Part shown: positions 1 to 9,128 of the stretch, piece after piece
Position numbering within the stretch: position 1 is the stretch's first letter
Layout: the number at the start of each line of letters is the position of its first letter
NCBI RefSeq assembly: GCF_003945235.1
Contig: NZ_RSDW01000001.1
Location: 480,001-512,000, forward strand
Origin: Edaphobacter aggregans
GTDB lineage: Bacteria > Acidobacteriota > Terriglobia > Terriglobales > Acidobacteriaceae
Direction of reading: 5' to 3'
Length of the DNA: 32,000 bases
Translations under genes and position numbers: made by a program
Notes under the pieces: generated by a model
Seen by the model: only the letters and a program-made list of their open reading frames with translations
Told to the model about the DNA's origin: nothing
Database searches by the model: none

Positions 1-1
1 T

Positions 2-118
2 GTGCTGGAGACGGACAAACTGCAAGGGCGGTTGAGCGAGACGGAGTATGAGGCGCAGAAGAGCGCGCTGGAGACAGTGCTGCGACGGGCGCTTGTGCGC
101 GGTGAAACGGAGCGCTGA
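2..118 (+). CDS. 3-prime end of an upstream gene (last 38 aa: VLETDKLQGRLSETEYEAQKSALETVLRRALVRGETER*). Product unknown.
   Basis: The frame is open from the window edge to TGA at 116-118. It is absent from the ORF track because there is no in-window start. The tail is charged and helical, with no family recognised. Confidence 0.4.
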   Translation: MLETDKLQGRLSETEYEAQKSALETVLRRALVRGETER

Positions 119-159
119 CGCGTCCAAGGTAACGGGACCGGCTGGATGAGGGTTGAGCG

Positions 160-1011
160 ATGAATACGTTCAAATCGACGCTGCTGCTGGTAGTGATGAC
201 GCTGTTCCTGCTCTTCATTGGAGACATGTTCGGCGGACGCAATGGGATGGTGCTGGCGTTTGTGCTGTCCGTGGTGTTCAACTTCGGGACTTACTTCTTC
301 TCCGACAAGCTGGCGTTGAAGATGTACAACGCGCAGCCGGTGACTCGGGAGCAGTTGCCGAAGGCGTATGAGGTGGTGGAGCGGCTGACGGCAAAGCAGG
401 GGTTGCCGATGCCGAAGATGTATGTAATTCCGATGGATTCTCCTAATGCATTTGCCACGGGGCGAAATCCGACGCATGCTTCCGTGGCGGTGACGCGCGG
501 AATTTTAGAGCTGCTCGACGATGAAGAGTTGGAGGGTGTGCTGGCGCATGAGTTGGGGCACGTGCGGAATCGGGATATTCTGACAAGCTCGATTGCGGCG
601 ACGCTGGCGGGAGCGATCACAATGGTTGCCCGGATGGGCATGTGGGCTTCGATGTTTGGCGGAGGTGGAGGCGGACGTGACCGGCGCGGTGGCGGTGGGC
701 TGACTGCGCTGCTGATGCTGATTGTGGCTCCGATTGCGGCCACGCTGATTCAGCTGGCGATCTCGCGGTCACGGGAGTATGAGGCAGATGCAACAGGGGC
801 GAGGGAGACGGGAAATCCCTATGCTCTGGCGCGGGCGCTGCAGAAGCTGGACGCTTATTCGAAGCGGATTCCGATGCAGGCTTCGCCTTCGACGGCACAC
901 TTATTTATCGTGGCTCCGTTTCTGGGAAGTGGAGGATTTGCGAATATGTTTTCGACGCATCCTCCGATGAAAGAGAGAATTCGACGGCTGATTGGAAGGG
1001 ACCTGGTCTAG
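160..1011 (+). CDS. htpX: Zinc metalloprotease HtpX (peptidase M48)
   Basis: 283 aa. It has N-terminal TM helices, an HELGH zinc motif, a Gly-rich insert followed by two further TM helices, and a conserved C-terminal STHPPMKERI. A GAGGG sequence lies upstream of the ATG. Confidence 0.9.
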   Translation: MNTFKSTLLLVVMTLFLLFIGDMFGGRNGMVLAFVLSVVFNFGTYFFSDKLALKMYNAQPVTREQLPKAYEVVERLTAKQGLPMPKMYVIPMDSPNAFATGRNPTHASVAVTRGILELLDDEELEGVLAHELGHVRNRDILTSSIAATLAGAITMVARMGMWASMFGGGGGGRDRRGGGGLTALLMLIVAPIAATLIQLAISRSREYEADATGARETGNPYALARALQKLDAYSKRIPMQASPSTAHLFIVAPFLGSGGFANMFSTHPPMKERIRRLIGRDLV

Positions 1012-1012
1012 C

Positions 1013-1498
1013 ATGCAGACGGTTTTGAGGGCCTTGCGGTTGTTTGCGATGGTTGCCTGGGTTGGTGGGCTTATCTTTTTTGCCTTCGTGGTTGCGCCGG
1101 TGGCGTTTCATAGTCTGCCGAGCACCCATGAAGCGGGCATTGTTGTAGGCGGGACGCTGCGGGTGTTGCACTGGATTGGCCTGATCGGCGGCGCGGTCTT
1201 CTATGTGGCGACAGCGATCCTTTGGCTGCGGGCGGAGGTTTCGGCGCGGGTTGCATTTGCGATTCAGTTGACACTCACGGGGATCATGCTGGCGGCGACG
1301 GCTTACTCGCAGTTCAGGATTTTGCCGGCGATGGATCGCGACCGCGATCTGGCTGGCGGTGTGGTGGAGACGGCGCCTGCGGACAATGCGGGACGGGTGG
1401 ACTTTGAGCGGCTGCACGTTCTATCGGAGCGGTTGGAGGGAGCGGTGCTGCTGTGCGGGATTGGTGTGGTGTTCCTGCTGTCGCGCGAGTCGCAGTGA
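1013..1498 (+). CDS. Integral membrane protein, DUF4149/TMEM205-like
   Basis: The in-frame ATG at 1013, directly after the htpX stop, gives MQTVLRALRLFAMVAWVGGLIFFAFVVAPVAF. There are about 4 TM helices, typical of the DUF4149 layout. The ORF-track start at 992 would overlap htpX. Confidence 0.7.
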   Translation: MQTVLRALRLFAMVAWVGGLIFFAFVVAPVAFHSLPSTHEAGIVVGGTLRVLHWIGLIGGAVFYVATAILWLRAEVSARVAFAIQLTLTGIMLAATAYSQFRILPAMDRDRDLAGGVVETAPADNAGRVDFERLHVLSERLEGAVLLCGIGVVFLLSRESQ

Positions 1499-1637
1499 CC
1501 GGAGACGGGTAGAATCAAGAGGATATGAAGATCGATGTTTTTGGCCTGCCACGATGCAGTGGGGCTTCGGCGTTGCCGTGGCTGGTGAATCCGATGAAGG
1601 GTGGCGATGTGTTGACGACTCGCCATAACGGCTGACT

Positions 1638-2366
1638 GTGTCGGCACTTTGGTTGAGCCTTACGCTGGGACTGGTGGCTGGTCTCGCTGATGTGTTGGGT
1701 GGAGTGCTGCTGGTGCGGCGATCGCCTTCGGCTCGGGCACTGCGATACTTTGTGGCGCTGGGTTCAGGCTTTATGATGGCGGCGGCGCTGCTGGAGATGG
1801 TGCCCGAGGGTTTAGCGCTGAGTCCGAAGTGGGCTCCGATGTTGATCTTGGTGGGGTACTCCGGGGTGCACCTGCTGGAGCATACTCTGGTGCCGCACTT
1901 TCATTTTGGGGAAGAAACGCATCATCATGAGTTTGTTTCAGCGCGGACGAGCTACTCGGTGTTGATGGGACTGGCGACGCATACTTTTTTCGATGGAGTG
2001 GCCATCGGGTCGGGTTTTGTTGTGTCGCATTGGCTGGGGTGGATCATCTTTGTTGCGGTGTTTCTGCACAAGATTCCGGAGGGGTTCACGGTTGCGAGTG
2101 TGATGCTGGCGGGTGGGCAGGGGCGGAGGGCAGCGCTGAACTCGGCGCTGTTTTTGGGAGCGACGACTCTGCTTGGTGTCCTGGTGATTAATCTGCAGCC
2201 GACGTGGGTGCGGGTGGGACTACCTGTGTCGGCAGGCGTAACGATCTATGTCGCGGCGACGGACCTGGTTCCAGAGGTGAATCGGGAGCCGGGGATCAGG
2301 ATGGCCTTGGTTTTCTTTGCTGGGGTGGTGGTGTTCTTTTTGCTAAGGCTGCTGGCACCTATCTAG
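1638..2366 (+). CDS. ZIP family divalent metal (zinc) transporter
   Basis: 242 aa, polytopic. It has a His-rich loop (HFHFGEETHHHEF) and the HKIPEGF signature of ZIP/ZupT-type permeases. The start codon is GTG. Confidence 0.85.
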   Translation: MSALWLSLTLGLVAGLADVLGGVLLVRRSPSARALRYFVALGSGFMMAAALLEMVPEGLALSPKWAPMLILVGYSGVHLLEHTLVPHFHFGEETHHHEFVSARTSYSVLMGLATHTFFDGVAIGSGFVVSHWLGWIIFVAVFLHKIPEGFTVASVMLAGGQGRRAALNSALFLGATTLLGVLVINLQPTWVRVGLPVSAGVTIYVAATDLVPEVNREPGIRMALVFFAGVVVFFLLRLLAPI

Positions 2367-4819
2367 TTTGATGGCTGCACAACGAGGGTGACGGTTGCTG
2401 CGTGCTGGAGGATTGTTCCGGTGGAACTGGTGGCGGTGCCTGTGACAGTGATGGTGTAAGTCTGGCTGGGGGTGGCACTTTCTGACTGGACGCCGGTGTT
2501 GATGCGGGCTCCGCAGCCCAGGCAGAGGACGAGGGGAAGGCTCAGTAGGCAGATCGTTAGGAATTTTATGTGCCGGTTGCGCAGCCTGAGCGTGATGGCT
2601 GCGACGGGAAGCAGGAGGAGCGCGAAGGCCGTTGTTTGGGGTGCAGAGGTGTGGTTTAGGGTGGTAGCTTTTGGTGTTGTGATGGTTAGGATGACGGTGT
2701 TGGGGGTAGATAATCCGGGGAGGAGGTAGGTGGGATTGAATGAGGCGGTGGCCAGGTTTGGAAAGCCTGTAGCGGCCAGAGTGATAGGGCTGGAGAGTGT
2801 GGTCGACCCTGTAGGCTGGATGGCGAAGGTAAAGGTGGCGGAGGCGCCGTAGAGGATTGTTTGAGTGGTGTTGCCTGTGGCGGCCACGGTGAAATCTGCG
2901 CTGGACGTGGGACCGCCGGCGACTCCTACACCAATGATTGTGGGCGTGGAGGTGCTGGAAGCGAAGTTGCCGTCGCCTTTGTAGAAGATGGTTAGTGTGT
3001 GGGAGCCGGTGGAGAGGGCGCTGGTGGTGAAGGTTGCGTCGCCGGTTGTTGAGATGGTTGTGGTGAGGATGGTTGTGGTGCCATCCATCAAGACGATGGA
3101 TCCAGTTGGCGAGCCGCTTGTGGTGCTGGCGACGTGCGTGGTGAGGGTAAGGGGTGAGCCAGGAGAGACTGTGGCAGATGAGGCGGTGAGTGTGATCAGG
3201 GTGGGGGTTGGGGCGATCGTTAGGGTGGGGTTGTTCGAGAAGATGTAGTTCCCTGCTGCTCGACCCGTAAGAGTCGGGGTAAGAGGATAGGTTCCGGTTG
3301 GGGAGAGGTTTGTGGCTGTCGTGTTGAACGTGACGGTCAGGTTGCCGGTGTCCTGCGGTAAGAGGCCAGTCAGAGTTGCGGTAAGAGATGGGATGGGCTG
3401 GCCGTAGAAGATCGTCGAGGGCGAGATGGAGGCCGTGAGCTGCTGCGGTTTGATAGTGAGGGAGATGGCGGTGCTTTGGGCAGAGGCGTGGGTCTGATCT
3501 CCGGCGTAGGTGGCGATGATGGTGTGCACGCCCGTCGAGAGAGTACTGGTATCGAGAGTTGCGGAGTTTGAGGTGATTGGGGTGGTCCCGAGGGTGGAGG
3601 GGGTGGAGGTGTCGAGGAAGGTGATGGAGCCGGTAGCTGGGGTAGATGTAGCCAGAGTCGCGGTGAGGTACCCGGTTCCGTAGGAGATGACTGCGGGAGC
3701 GGTCAGGGTCAGGGCTCCGGGGATGGTAACGCCGAGGCCGGCGATGGTGTGGATGGTTTTGTCAGTGGAGATTTGGCGGATGCGTTGGTTAGCAGTATCG
3801 GCCAGAGCGATCAGGCCGGTGGAAGTGAGGGTGGCGGTGCGCGGGGAGTCGAGCGAAGCATTGACGGCGGGACCGTTATCGCCAGCGAAGATTTGGGTTC
3901 CTTCTCCGGCTATGGTGGTGATGGTGCCGGTGGTGTCTATACGACGGATGCGGTGGTTGGCGGTGTCGGCTATGTAGATGTTGCCGGTGGCGTCGAGGGT
4001 GAGCCCGTGTGGTAGCGCGAGGGATGCAGCGCTAGCAGGTGCGTTGTCACCGCTGAAACCAGAGGTTGATCCGGCTATGGTGGTGATGGTGCCGGTGGTG
4101 TCTATACGACGGATGCGGTGGTTGTGGGTGTCGGCGATGTAGATGTTGCCGGTAACGTCGACTGCGAGGCCCGTTGGAGAGTCGATGGTGGCGGCGATGG
4201 CCGGGCCGTTGTCGCCGGAGAAGCCTTGTGTGCCGGTTCCGGCAATGGTGGTAATGATGCCGCTGGTGGCGGTTATTTTGCGGATGCGGTGGTTTTGTGT
4301 GTCGGCGAAGTAGAGATTGCCGGTGGTGTCGAAGGCGAGGGCCGTGGGGAGGTTGAGGTGGGCGGCTGTTGCGGGGCCTGCGTCGCCGCTGAAACCAGGA
4401 GTGCTCGTTCCGGCAATGGTGGTGATGATGCCGGTGGCTGCTGTGATCTTGCGGATGCAGTCGTTGTGGGTGTCGGCGATGTAGATGTTGTTTGCGGCAT
4501 CAAGAGCCAGGCCCTGAGGGGAGTCTAGCTGGGCTGCGGTGGCTTGGCCGTTGTCGCCGGAGAAGCCTTGTGTGCCGGTTCCGGCGATGGTGGTGATGAT
4601 GCCGTTGGGATCGACTTTGCGGATGACGTGGCTTGCGGTTTCGGCGAGGTACAGGTTTCCTTGAGGGTCGAAGACGATGGCGGTGGGAAGGATGAGTGGG
4701 ATGGTTGTGGCGGAGCTTTGGGATGGAGCAGGGATGGGTAAAAGTGCGATGAGAAGCAGGAGGGCGATCGCGAGAACGCGAGAAGGATGATATGGCTTGA
4801 TGCCGCTCTGCTTGCCCAT
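2363..4819 (-). CDS. Large secreted/surface protein: signal peptide, about 6-7 NHL beta-propeller repeats, Ig-like and MBG-like domains, and a C-terminal TM hairpin
   Basis: 818 aa. The N-terminal signal is LLLLIALLPIPAPSQS. The unit GNxYxADTxNHRIRKI...TIAGTGTQGFSGDNGPA is repeated. T/S-rich Ig-like modules are present, and IFYGQPIPSLTATLTG is MBG-like. Confidence 0.85.
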   Translation of the reverse strand: MGKQSGIKPYHPSRVLAIALLLLIALLPIPAPSQSSATTIPLILPTAIVFDPQGNLYLAETASHVIRKVDPNGIITTIAGTGTQGFSGDNGQATAAQLDSPQGLALDAANNIYIADTHNDCIRKITAATGIITTIAGTSTPGFSGDAGPATAAHLNLPTALAFDTTGNLYFADTQNHRIRKITATSGIITTIAGTGTQGFSGDNGPAIAATIDSPTGLAVDVTGNIYIADTHNHRIRRIDTTGTITTIAGSTSGFSGDNAPASAASLALPHGLTLDATGNIYIADTANHRIRRIDTTGTITTIAGEGTQIFAGDNGPAVNASLDSPRTATLTSTGLIALADTANQRIRQISTDKTIHTIAGLGVTIPGALTLTAPAVISYGTGYLTATLATSTPATGSITFLDTSTPSTLGTTPITSNSATLDTSTLSTGVHTIIATYAGDQTHASAQSTAISLTIKPQQLTASISPSTIFYGQPIPSLTATLTGLLPQDTGNLTVTFNTTATNLSPTGTYPLTPTLTGRAAGNYIFSNNPTLTIAPTPTLITLTASSATVSPGSPLTLTTHVASTTSGSPTGSIVLMDGTTTILTTTISTTGDATFTTSALSTGSHTLTIFYKGDGNFASSTSTPTIIGVGVAGGPTSSADFTVAATGNTTQTILYGASATFTFAIQPTGSTTLSSPITLAATGFPNLATASFNPTYLLPGLSTPNTVILTITTPKATTLNHTSAPQTTAFALLLLPVAAITLRLRNRHIKFLTICLLSLPLVLCLGCGARINTGVQSESATPSQTYTITVTGTATSSTGTILQHAATVTLVVQPSN
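3700..4700 (-). repeat. Intragenic tandem repeats (about 165-nt period) encoding the NHL blades
   Basis: An exact 54-nt duplication lies at 3906-3959 and 4071-4124 (ccggctatggtggtgatggtgccggtggtgtctatacgacggatgcggtggttg). An exact 39-nt duplication starts near 4205 and 4546. Degenerate copies occur throughout. Confidence 0.8.
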
Positions 4820-4834
4820 GTACCTGCGTGCCGC

Positions 4835-5209
4835 TCAACTTGCAGAAGTGTGTTCTATACGAGATGGATTGAGCGCATATACCCAGCAACGCGTCGTAGA
4901 ACTGTCCTCACATTGTACGGTAACGAGCTGGCGAAGGAAGAGGCTGGCTTCGGGAGACTCGGGGAAAAATTCTTCGTAGCGATCGAGCCGATGAAGGAAC
5001 GTCGGATCGGAGGGGATCTCGAAGATGTGACCTGTGATTTGTTCGGTTGTTGCTTCTTCGAGAAGAACGCCGGGGTAAACTCCTAGATCGAGCAGCTTGC
5101 CGCGAATGGTTCCCTTCCCTATGAAATGGAGGCGGCGCACGTCTGCGCGGATCGCCTGCGGAGCAATGTCGGGATGCAGTGTGCCGTAGATGAAGAGCTT
5201 TTGCGGCAT
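4835..5209 (-). CDS. Gamma-glutamylcyclotransferase-like (AIG2/GGACT family) protein
   Basis: 124 aa. The N-terminal LFIYGTLHPD motif and the overall size fit the GGCT-like fold. Confidence 0.7.
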   Translation of the reverse strand: MPQKLFIYGTLHPDIAPQAIRADVRRLHFIGKGTIRGKLLDLGVYPGVLLEEATTEQITGHIFEIPSDPTFLHRLDRYEEFFPESPEASLFLRQLVTVQCEDSSTTRCWVYALNPSRIEHTSAS

Positions 5210-5228
5210 GCGGATTTAGGTGAGCTGC

Positions 5229-6845
5229 CTATTCGAATTGGTAAACAGTAGCTTTTTCGGTTCGGATCTGACGGGGGTCGAAGCGCCAGTAATTGCCCTG
5301 ATCGTTCTCGTCGCCGTTGAGGCGGCGGCCGGGAATCCATTTGCCTGATTCGAATTTTCCTTCGTCGATGGAGGCGATGCCGACGCGGGGGTTGGATGAG
5401 CGGGATGTGAAGGAAACGCGGAACCCTTTGCCTGCGCCGATGAATTCGTCGGGACCGGTTGCCGCGATGAGGCCGAAGCCTTTTTCGGAGTGGTAGCCGA
5501 ATATTTGGTCGAGACTTACGTGAGCGATGTATCCGTTAATGGGGAACTCGACGGAGGGGTGGGTTTGGTCGAGGAGGAAGCCGTGTACGTTTGCTTTGGG
5601 TTGCTGTTCGAGGATGATGGGCAACAACGGGGTGAGGACACTGTAGCTGTTAGCAAGGTCCTTGTTGGCTTCGTCGAAGTCGTCGATGGCGAATGGGGAG
5701 AAGCCTAGAGCGCCGTGTTCCCCGATGGCGTAGAAGACGTTAGCGGCACCGGCAGCGCCACCGACGGTTTCGGGTATAAAGAGAGGATTGTCCGGGCGGT
5801 GGTATCGGTTGGACCACCAGGTGAAGTTGGGTTGATAGAGATCGGGGGCGTAGATGTCGATGGCAGAGCCTGCGGCCTTCCAAATGTCGATGACGCGTGG
5901 CTGCGGGCCACCGCTTGGGTAGTCGCCGGGGGTGCTGTTTTCGCCTGCAAGCCATGCGTTGACGTACATGGGCAATGGATATGCGGCTTTGCCCTTGGCG
6001 GCTACGGTCTGGACGTAGCGGGCGTAGTTCCATGCCATGAAGATTTCGTCAGCTCGGGAGGTGTTGCCGAAGACCTGGGCCCATGTGCCGGAGGTCTTCT
6101 GTCCGTTGGCTACCCAGAGATCTCGAAGCTCGGGGTCGAGAGTGTCCTTGTGGGTTTTGAGGTAGGTGATGAGTTCGGCGGGGACGGTGGAGTTGAATGC
6201 CTGATTGGCAGCGGCGGAGTGGTCGCGTGTGTCGCCCAGGATGCCGACCTCGTTTTCGACCTGCATCATGATAACGGTGTGGTCTTTGCTGTCGACTTCC
6301 TTGAGGTGTTGCATGACTGCGGTGAAGGCGCGGGCGTCGGCGTCCAGAGTTGCCGGGGAGAGCGTGCTTAGGGTGTTGATGGGATTTCCGTTTCGCATGG
6401 CGCGCGGAAAGCGGTGCGCTTCGCGCTTGACCCATACGGGTGGATAGCTGGATTCGCCGTTCTTCCATGAGGCCAGCCAGAGGAAGACGACGCGTTGGTG
6501 ATGCTGGCGGGCTTGCGCGAGGAGGCCGTCGATGAGAGCGAAGTCGTAGTGGCCCTCGGTGGGTTCGACCAGTTCCCACGAGATGGGAGTGACGACGGTG
6601 TTGAGCGACATGGCTGCGAGCTTCGGCCACGATGGCTCCATATAGGCGAGGCTGGAGGAGCTGGAGTTGTGAAGCTCACCGGAGAGCATGATGAATGGCT
6701 GGCCATCTACGATGAGCTGCGTTGCCTCGCCGCGCTTTTCAAGATGAGGTAGTGTTTCCTGGGAGCGAAGGGTCTTCGCATTGAGCCCCAGGAGAATCAG
6801 GATAGCTGGCAACACACGGAGGCGAAATCGCATATGGGTTGCCAA
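5229..6845 (-). CDS. Secreted clan GH-A glycoside hydrolase, GH35-like beta-galactosidase with a DUF5597-type C-terminal domain
   Basis: 538 aa with a signal peptide. The N-terminal TIM-barrel block is LIVDGQPFIMLSGELHNSS...ISWELVEPTEGHYDF, and MQVENEVG is the putative acid/base Glu motif. Confidence 0.7.
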   Translation of the reverse strand: MATHMRFRLRVLPAILILLGLNAKTLRSQETLPHLEKRGEATQLIVDGQPFIMLSGELHNSSSSSLAYMEPSWPKLAAMSLNTVVTPISWELVEPTEGHYDFALIDGLLAQARQHHQRVVFLWLASWKNGESSYPPVWVKREAHRFPRAMRNGNPINTLSTLSPATLDADARAFTAVMQHLKEVDSKDHTVIMMQVENEVGILGDTRDHSAAANQAFNSTVPAELITYLKTHKDTLDPELRDLWVANGQKTSGTWAQVFGNTSRADEIFMAWNYARYVQTVAAKGKAAYPLPMYVNAWLAGENSTPGDYPSGGPQPRVIDIWKAAGSAIDIYAPDLYQPNFTWWSNRYHRPDNPLFIPETVGGAAGAANVFYAIGEHGALGFSPFAIDDFDEANKDLANSYSVLTPLLPIILEQQPKANVHGFLLDQTHPSVEFPINGYIAHVSLDQIFGYHSEKGFGLIAATGPDEFIGAGKGFRVSFTSRSSNPRVGIASIDEGKFESGKWIPGRRLNGDENDQGNYWRFDPRQIRTEKATVYQFE

Positions 6846-6876
6846 TCTAACACGATTTCAGATCAGAAACCTAGGA

Positions 6877-7782
6877 TTACTCGGCAGCGGTAGGGTTGCG
6901 GAGCGCGCCGAGTTTTTCAATTGTGATGATGACCTCTTCGTTGGGTTTGAGCCAGCGGGGTGGGGTGCGACCGAGGCCGACGCCTTCTGGAGTTCCGGTG
7001 CTGATGATGTCACCTGCTTCGAGCGGGGTTGTGCTGGAGAGGTATTCGATCAGTGCGGGGATCTTGAAGATGAGATCGCGGGTGTTGGCCTTTTGCAGAG
7101 TTTCGCCGTTGACGGTGAGTTCGATGTCGAGGGCGTGGGGATCGGGAACCTCGTCGGCAGTAGTGATGGATGGACCAACGGGCGAGAAGGTTGGGAAGGA
7201 CTTGCCGAGGGTCCACTGCGAGGTGGAGAGCTGAATGTCGCGGGCGCTGACGTCGTTGAGGATGGTGTAGCCGAAGACGTGGTTCATGGCGTCGGCTGCA
7301 GAGATTTGATAGCCAGGTTTGCCGATGACTACGGCGAGTTCTGCTTCGTAGTCGGGTTGGGTGCTGATTTTGGGAAGGATGATGGGAGTGTCGGGGCCGA
7401 CGACTGCGCTCGAAAGCTTCATGAAGACAGTTGGGACTTTTTGGACGGCCATCTTGGATTCGGCGGCGTGGCTTTGGTAGTTGAGACCGATGGCGAAGAT
7501 GCGCGGAGGACGCGGAATGGGAGCCAGCAGGTTGACTTCTTCAAGCGTGAGGCGAGGGGCCTTGGCGATGGCGGCGTGGATGGCTTCGAGGGCTGCAGAA
7601 CCGGCTTCGATAATGGCCTGGACACTGGGATAGCCAAGGCTGGAGAGGTCAACGATCTCGTGACGGATGGCGCTTCCCTGCACTGGAAGAAGAACGCCGG
7701 GGGTGGGGATATCGATGCTCAAAACCGCGTTGCTGCGGGTGGAGGTATCGCTTGGCTTCGCGGTGAAAGTGACTAACTTCAT
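6877..7782 (-). CDS. Fumarylacetoacetate hydrolase (FAH) family protein. By context, a likely 2,4-diketo-3-deoxy-L-fuconate hydrolase.
   Basis: 301 aa. FAH-family C-terminal domain blocks are present (IFAIGLNYQSHAAE, DYEAELAVVIG, GTPEGVG). Its ATG overlaps the stop of the upstream dehydratase (ATGA at 7779-7782). Confidence 0.8.
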   Translation of the reverse strand: MKLVTFTAKPSDTSTRSNAVLSIDIPTPGVLLPVQGSAIRHEIVDLSSLGYPSVQAIIEAGSAALEAIHAAIAKAPRLTLEEVNLLAPIPRPPRIFAIGLNYQSHAAESKMAVQKVPTVFMKLSSAVVGPDTPIILPKISTQPDYEAELAVVIGKPGYQISAADAMNHVFGYTILNDVSARDIQLSTSQWTLGKSFPTFSPVGPSITTADEVPDPHALDIELTVNGETLQKANTRDLIFKIPALIEYLSSTTPLEAGDIISTGTPEGVGLGRTPPRWLKPNEEVIITIEKLGALRNPTAAE

Positions 7783-9086
7783 GCTGGCTTGCTCCAGGCT
7801 TCGCCGGTGGGGTAAGCGAAGCGGGTTAGGGAATCTTCTCGGATTTGAATGCTGTAACCGGGGGCCGTGGGTAGGATATATCGGCCGTTGCGGATTTGGA
7901 CGGGCGTGAGGAAGTGCTCGTGAAGATGGTCGACAAACTCAATGACACGGTCTTCGAGAGAGGCTGAGACGGAGAGGAAATCGAAGGCTGAGAGATGCTG
8001 GACGTACTCGCAGAGGCCGACTCCACCGGCGTGGGGACAGATAGGGGTTTTGAATTTGGCTGCCAGAAGGATGATGGCGAGGTTCTCGTTGACGCCAGCT
8101 ACACGGCAGCTATCGAGTTGAAGGACATCGATAGCCTTGGCCTGGAGGAACTGTTTGAACATGACACGGTTGTGGCAGTGCTCGCCGGTGGCGATGCGAA
8201 CGTCGGGGACTTCGCGGCGGATGCGGGCGTGGCCAAGGATGTCGTCGGGGCTGGTGGGCTCTTCCATCCAGTAGGGCTTGAGTTCGGCTAGCTGGCGCGT
8301 GCGGTCAATGGCCTCGAGCACGCCCCACTTTTGATTGGCGTCAACCATGAGCTTGTTGGTCCAGCCGATCTCTTCTCGGACGATGTGGCCGCGGCGGAGA
8401 TCTTCGGCGGGGTCGCCACCCACTTTGAGTTTGAAGTGCGTCCAGCCTTCGGCGAGGGCTCGTTTGCTGAGGCAGCGGATCTTTTCTTCGCTATAGCCGA
8501 ACCAGCCTACAGAGGTGGTGTAAGCGGGGTAGCCTTGCTGCTGGAGTAGGGCGAGACGTTCTGGTTTTCCGATGAGCCGGGCTTCGTCCAGAATGTCTAG
8601 AGCTTCCTGCGGACTGAGTGCGTCGTCGATGTAGCGGAAGTCGACGGCTTTGAGGAGTTGGGTAGGCTCCATGTCGGCGAGCAGCTGCCAGAGAGGTTTG
8701 CCTTCGGCGCGAGCGTAGAGGTCCCAGACGGCGTTGATGAGGGCGCCGGTGGCGAGGTGGATCACTCCCTTTTCGGGGCCCAGCCAGCGAAATTGCGTGT
8801 CGTCGGTGAGTTGGCGGGAGAAGGCTCCGAGGTTTTCGGTAATGGAGTTAAGGGTACGGTTGACGACGTAGCGGGAGAGATAGCGAACGGCCTGGACGAC
8901 GAGGTCGGTGCCACGACCAAGGGTAAAGGTGAGTCCGTGGCCTTGGAGGCCAGAGTTGGTCTCGAGGATGCAATAGGCGGCGGAGTAGTCGGGATCCTTA
9001 TTGACGGCATCGGAGCCGATGTGGTCGCGGGATGTCGGGAAGCGCAGGTCGATGACACGGACGCTAGTGATAAGAATTTCGTTCAA
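7779..9086 (-). CDS. fucD: L-fuconate dehydratase (enolase superfamily, mandelate racemase subgroup)
   Basis: 435 aa. The N-terminus ITSVRVIDLRFPTSRDHIGSDAVNKDPDYSAAY is FucD-like. Also present are KxK (FKLKVG), metal-ligand blocks MVDANQKW / WMEEP / ATGEH, and the CPHAGG His base. Confidence 0.8.
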   Translation of the reverse strand: MNEILITSVRVIDLRFPTSRDHIGSDAVNKDPDYSAAYCILETNSGLQGHGLTFTLGRGTDLVVQAVRYLSRYVVNRTLNSITENLGAFSRQLTDDTQFRWLGPEKGVIHLATGALINAVWDLYARAEGKPLWQLLADMEPTQLLKAVDFRYIDDALSPQEALDILDEARLIGKPERLALLQQQGYPAYTTSVGWFGYSEEKIRCLSKRALAEGWTHFKLKVGGDPAEDLRRGHIVREEIGWTNKLMVDANQKWGVLEAIDRTRQLAELKPYWMEEPTSPDDILGHARIRREVPDVRIATGEHCHNRVMFKQFLQAKAIDVLQLDSCRVAGVNENLAIILLAAKFKTPICPHAGGVGLCEYVQHLSAFDFLSVSASLEDRVIEFVDHLHEHFLTPVQIRNGRYILPTAPGYSIQIREDSLTRFAYPTGEAWSKPA

Positions 9087-9128
9087 GTTGGCGGCTTCCC
9101 TTTCGTCAGTGTATGTAATTTAGCGACG

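Noticed and set aside
160-2366. htpX - DUF4149 - ZIP transporter considered as a zinc-homeostasis operon with a Zur box
   Set aside because: No AT-rich palindrome resembling a Zur/Fur box is visible at 119-159 or 1499-1637. The shared zinc theme (zinc protease, zinc permease) is probably coincidental.
3700-4700. Regular ~165-nt periodic repeats that could superficially suggest a CRISPR-like or satellite array
   Set aside because: The period is far too long, the repeats are in frame and encode NHL blades, there are no unique spacers, and no cas genes are present.
6781-7776. A 331-aa plus-strand ORF almost co-extensive with, and antisense to, the FAH gene
   Set aside because: It lies opposite a well-supported gene. 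Its G/D/A/R-rich composition matches no family, and it is the typical shadow ORF of a GC-rich codon-biased gene.
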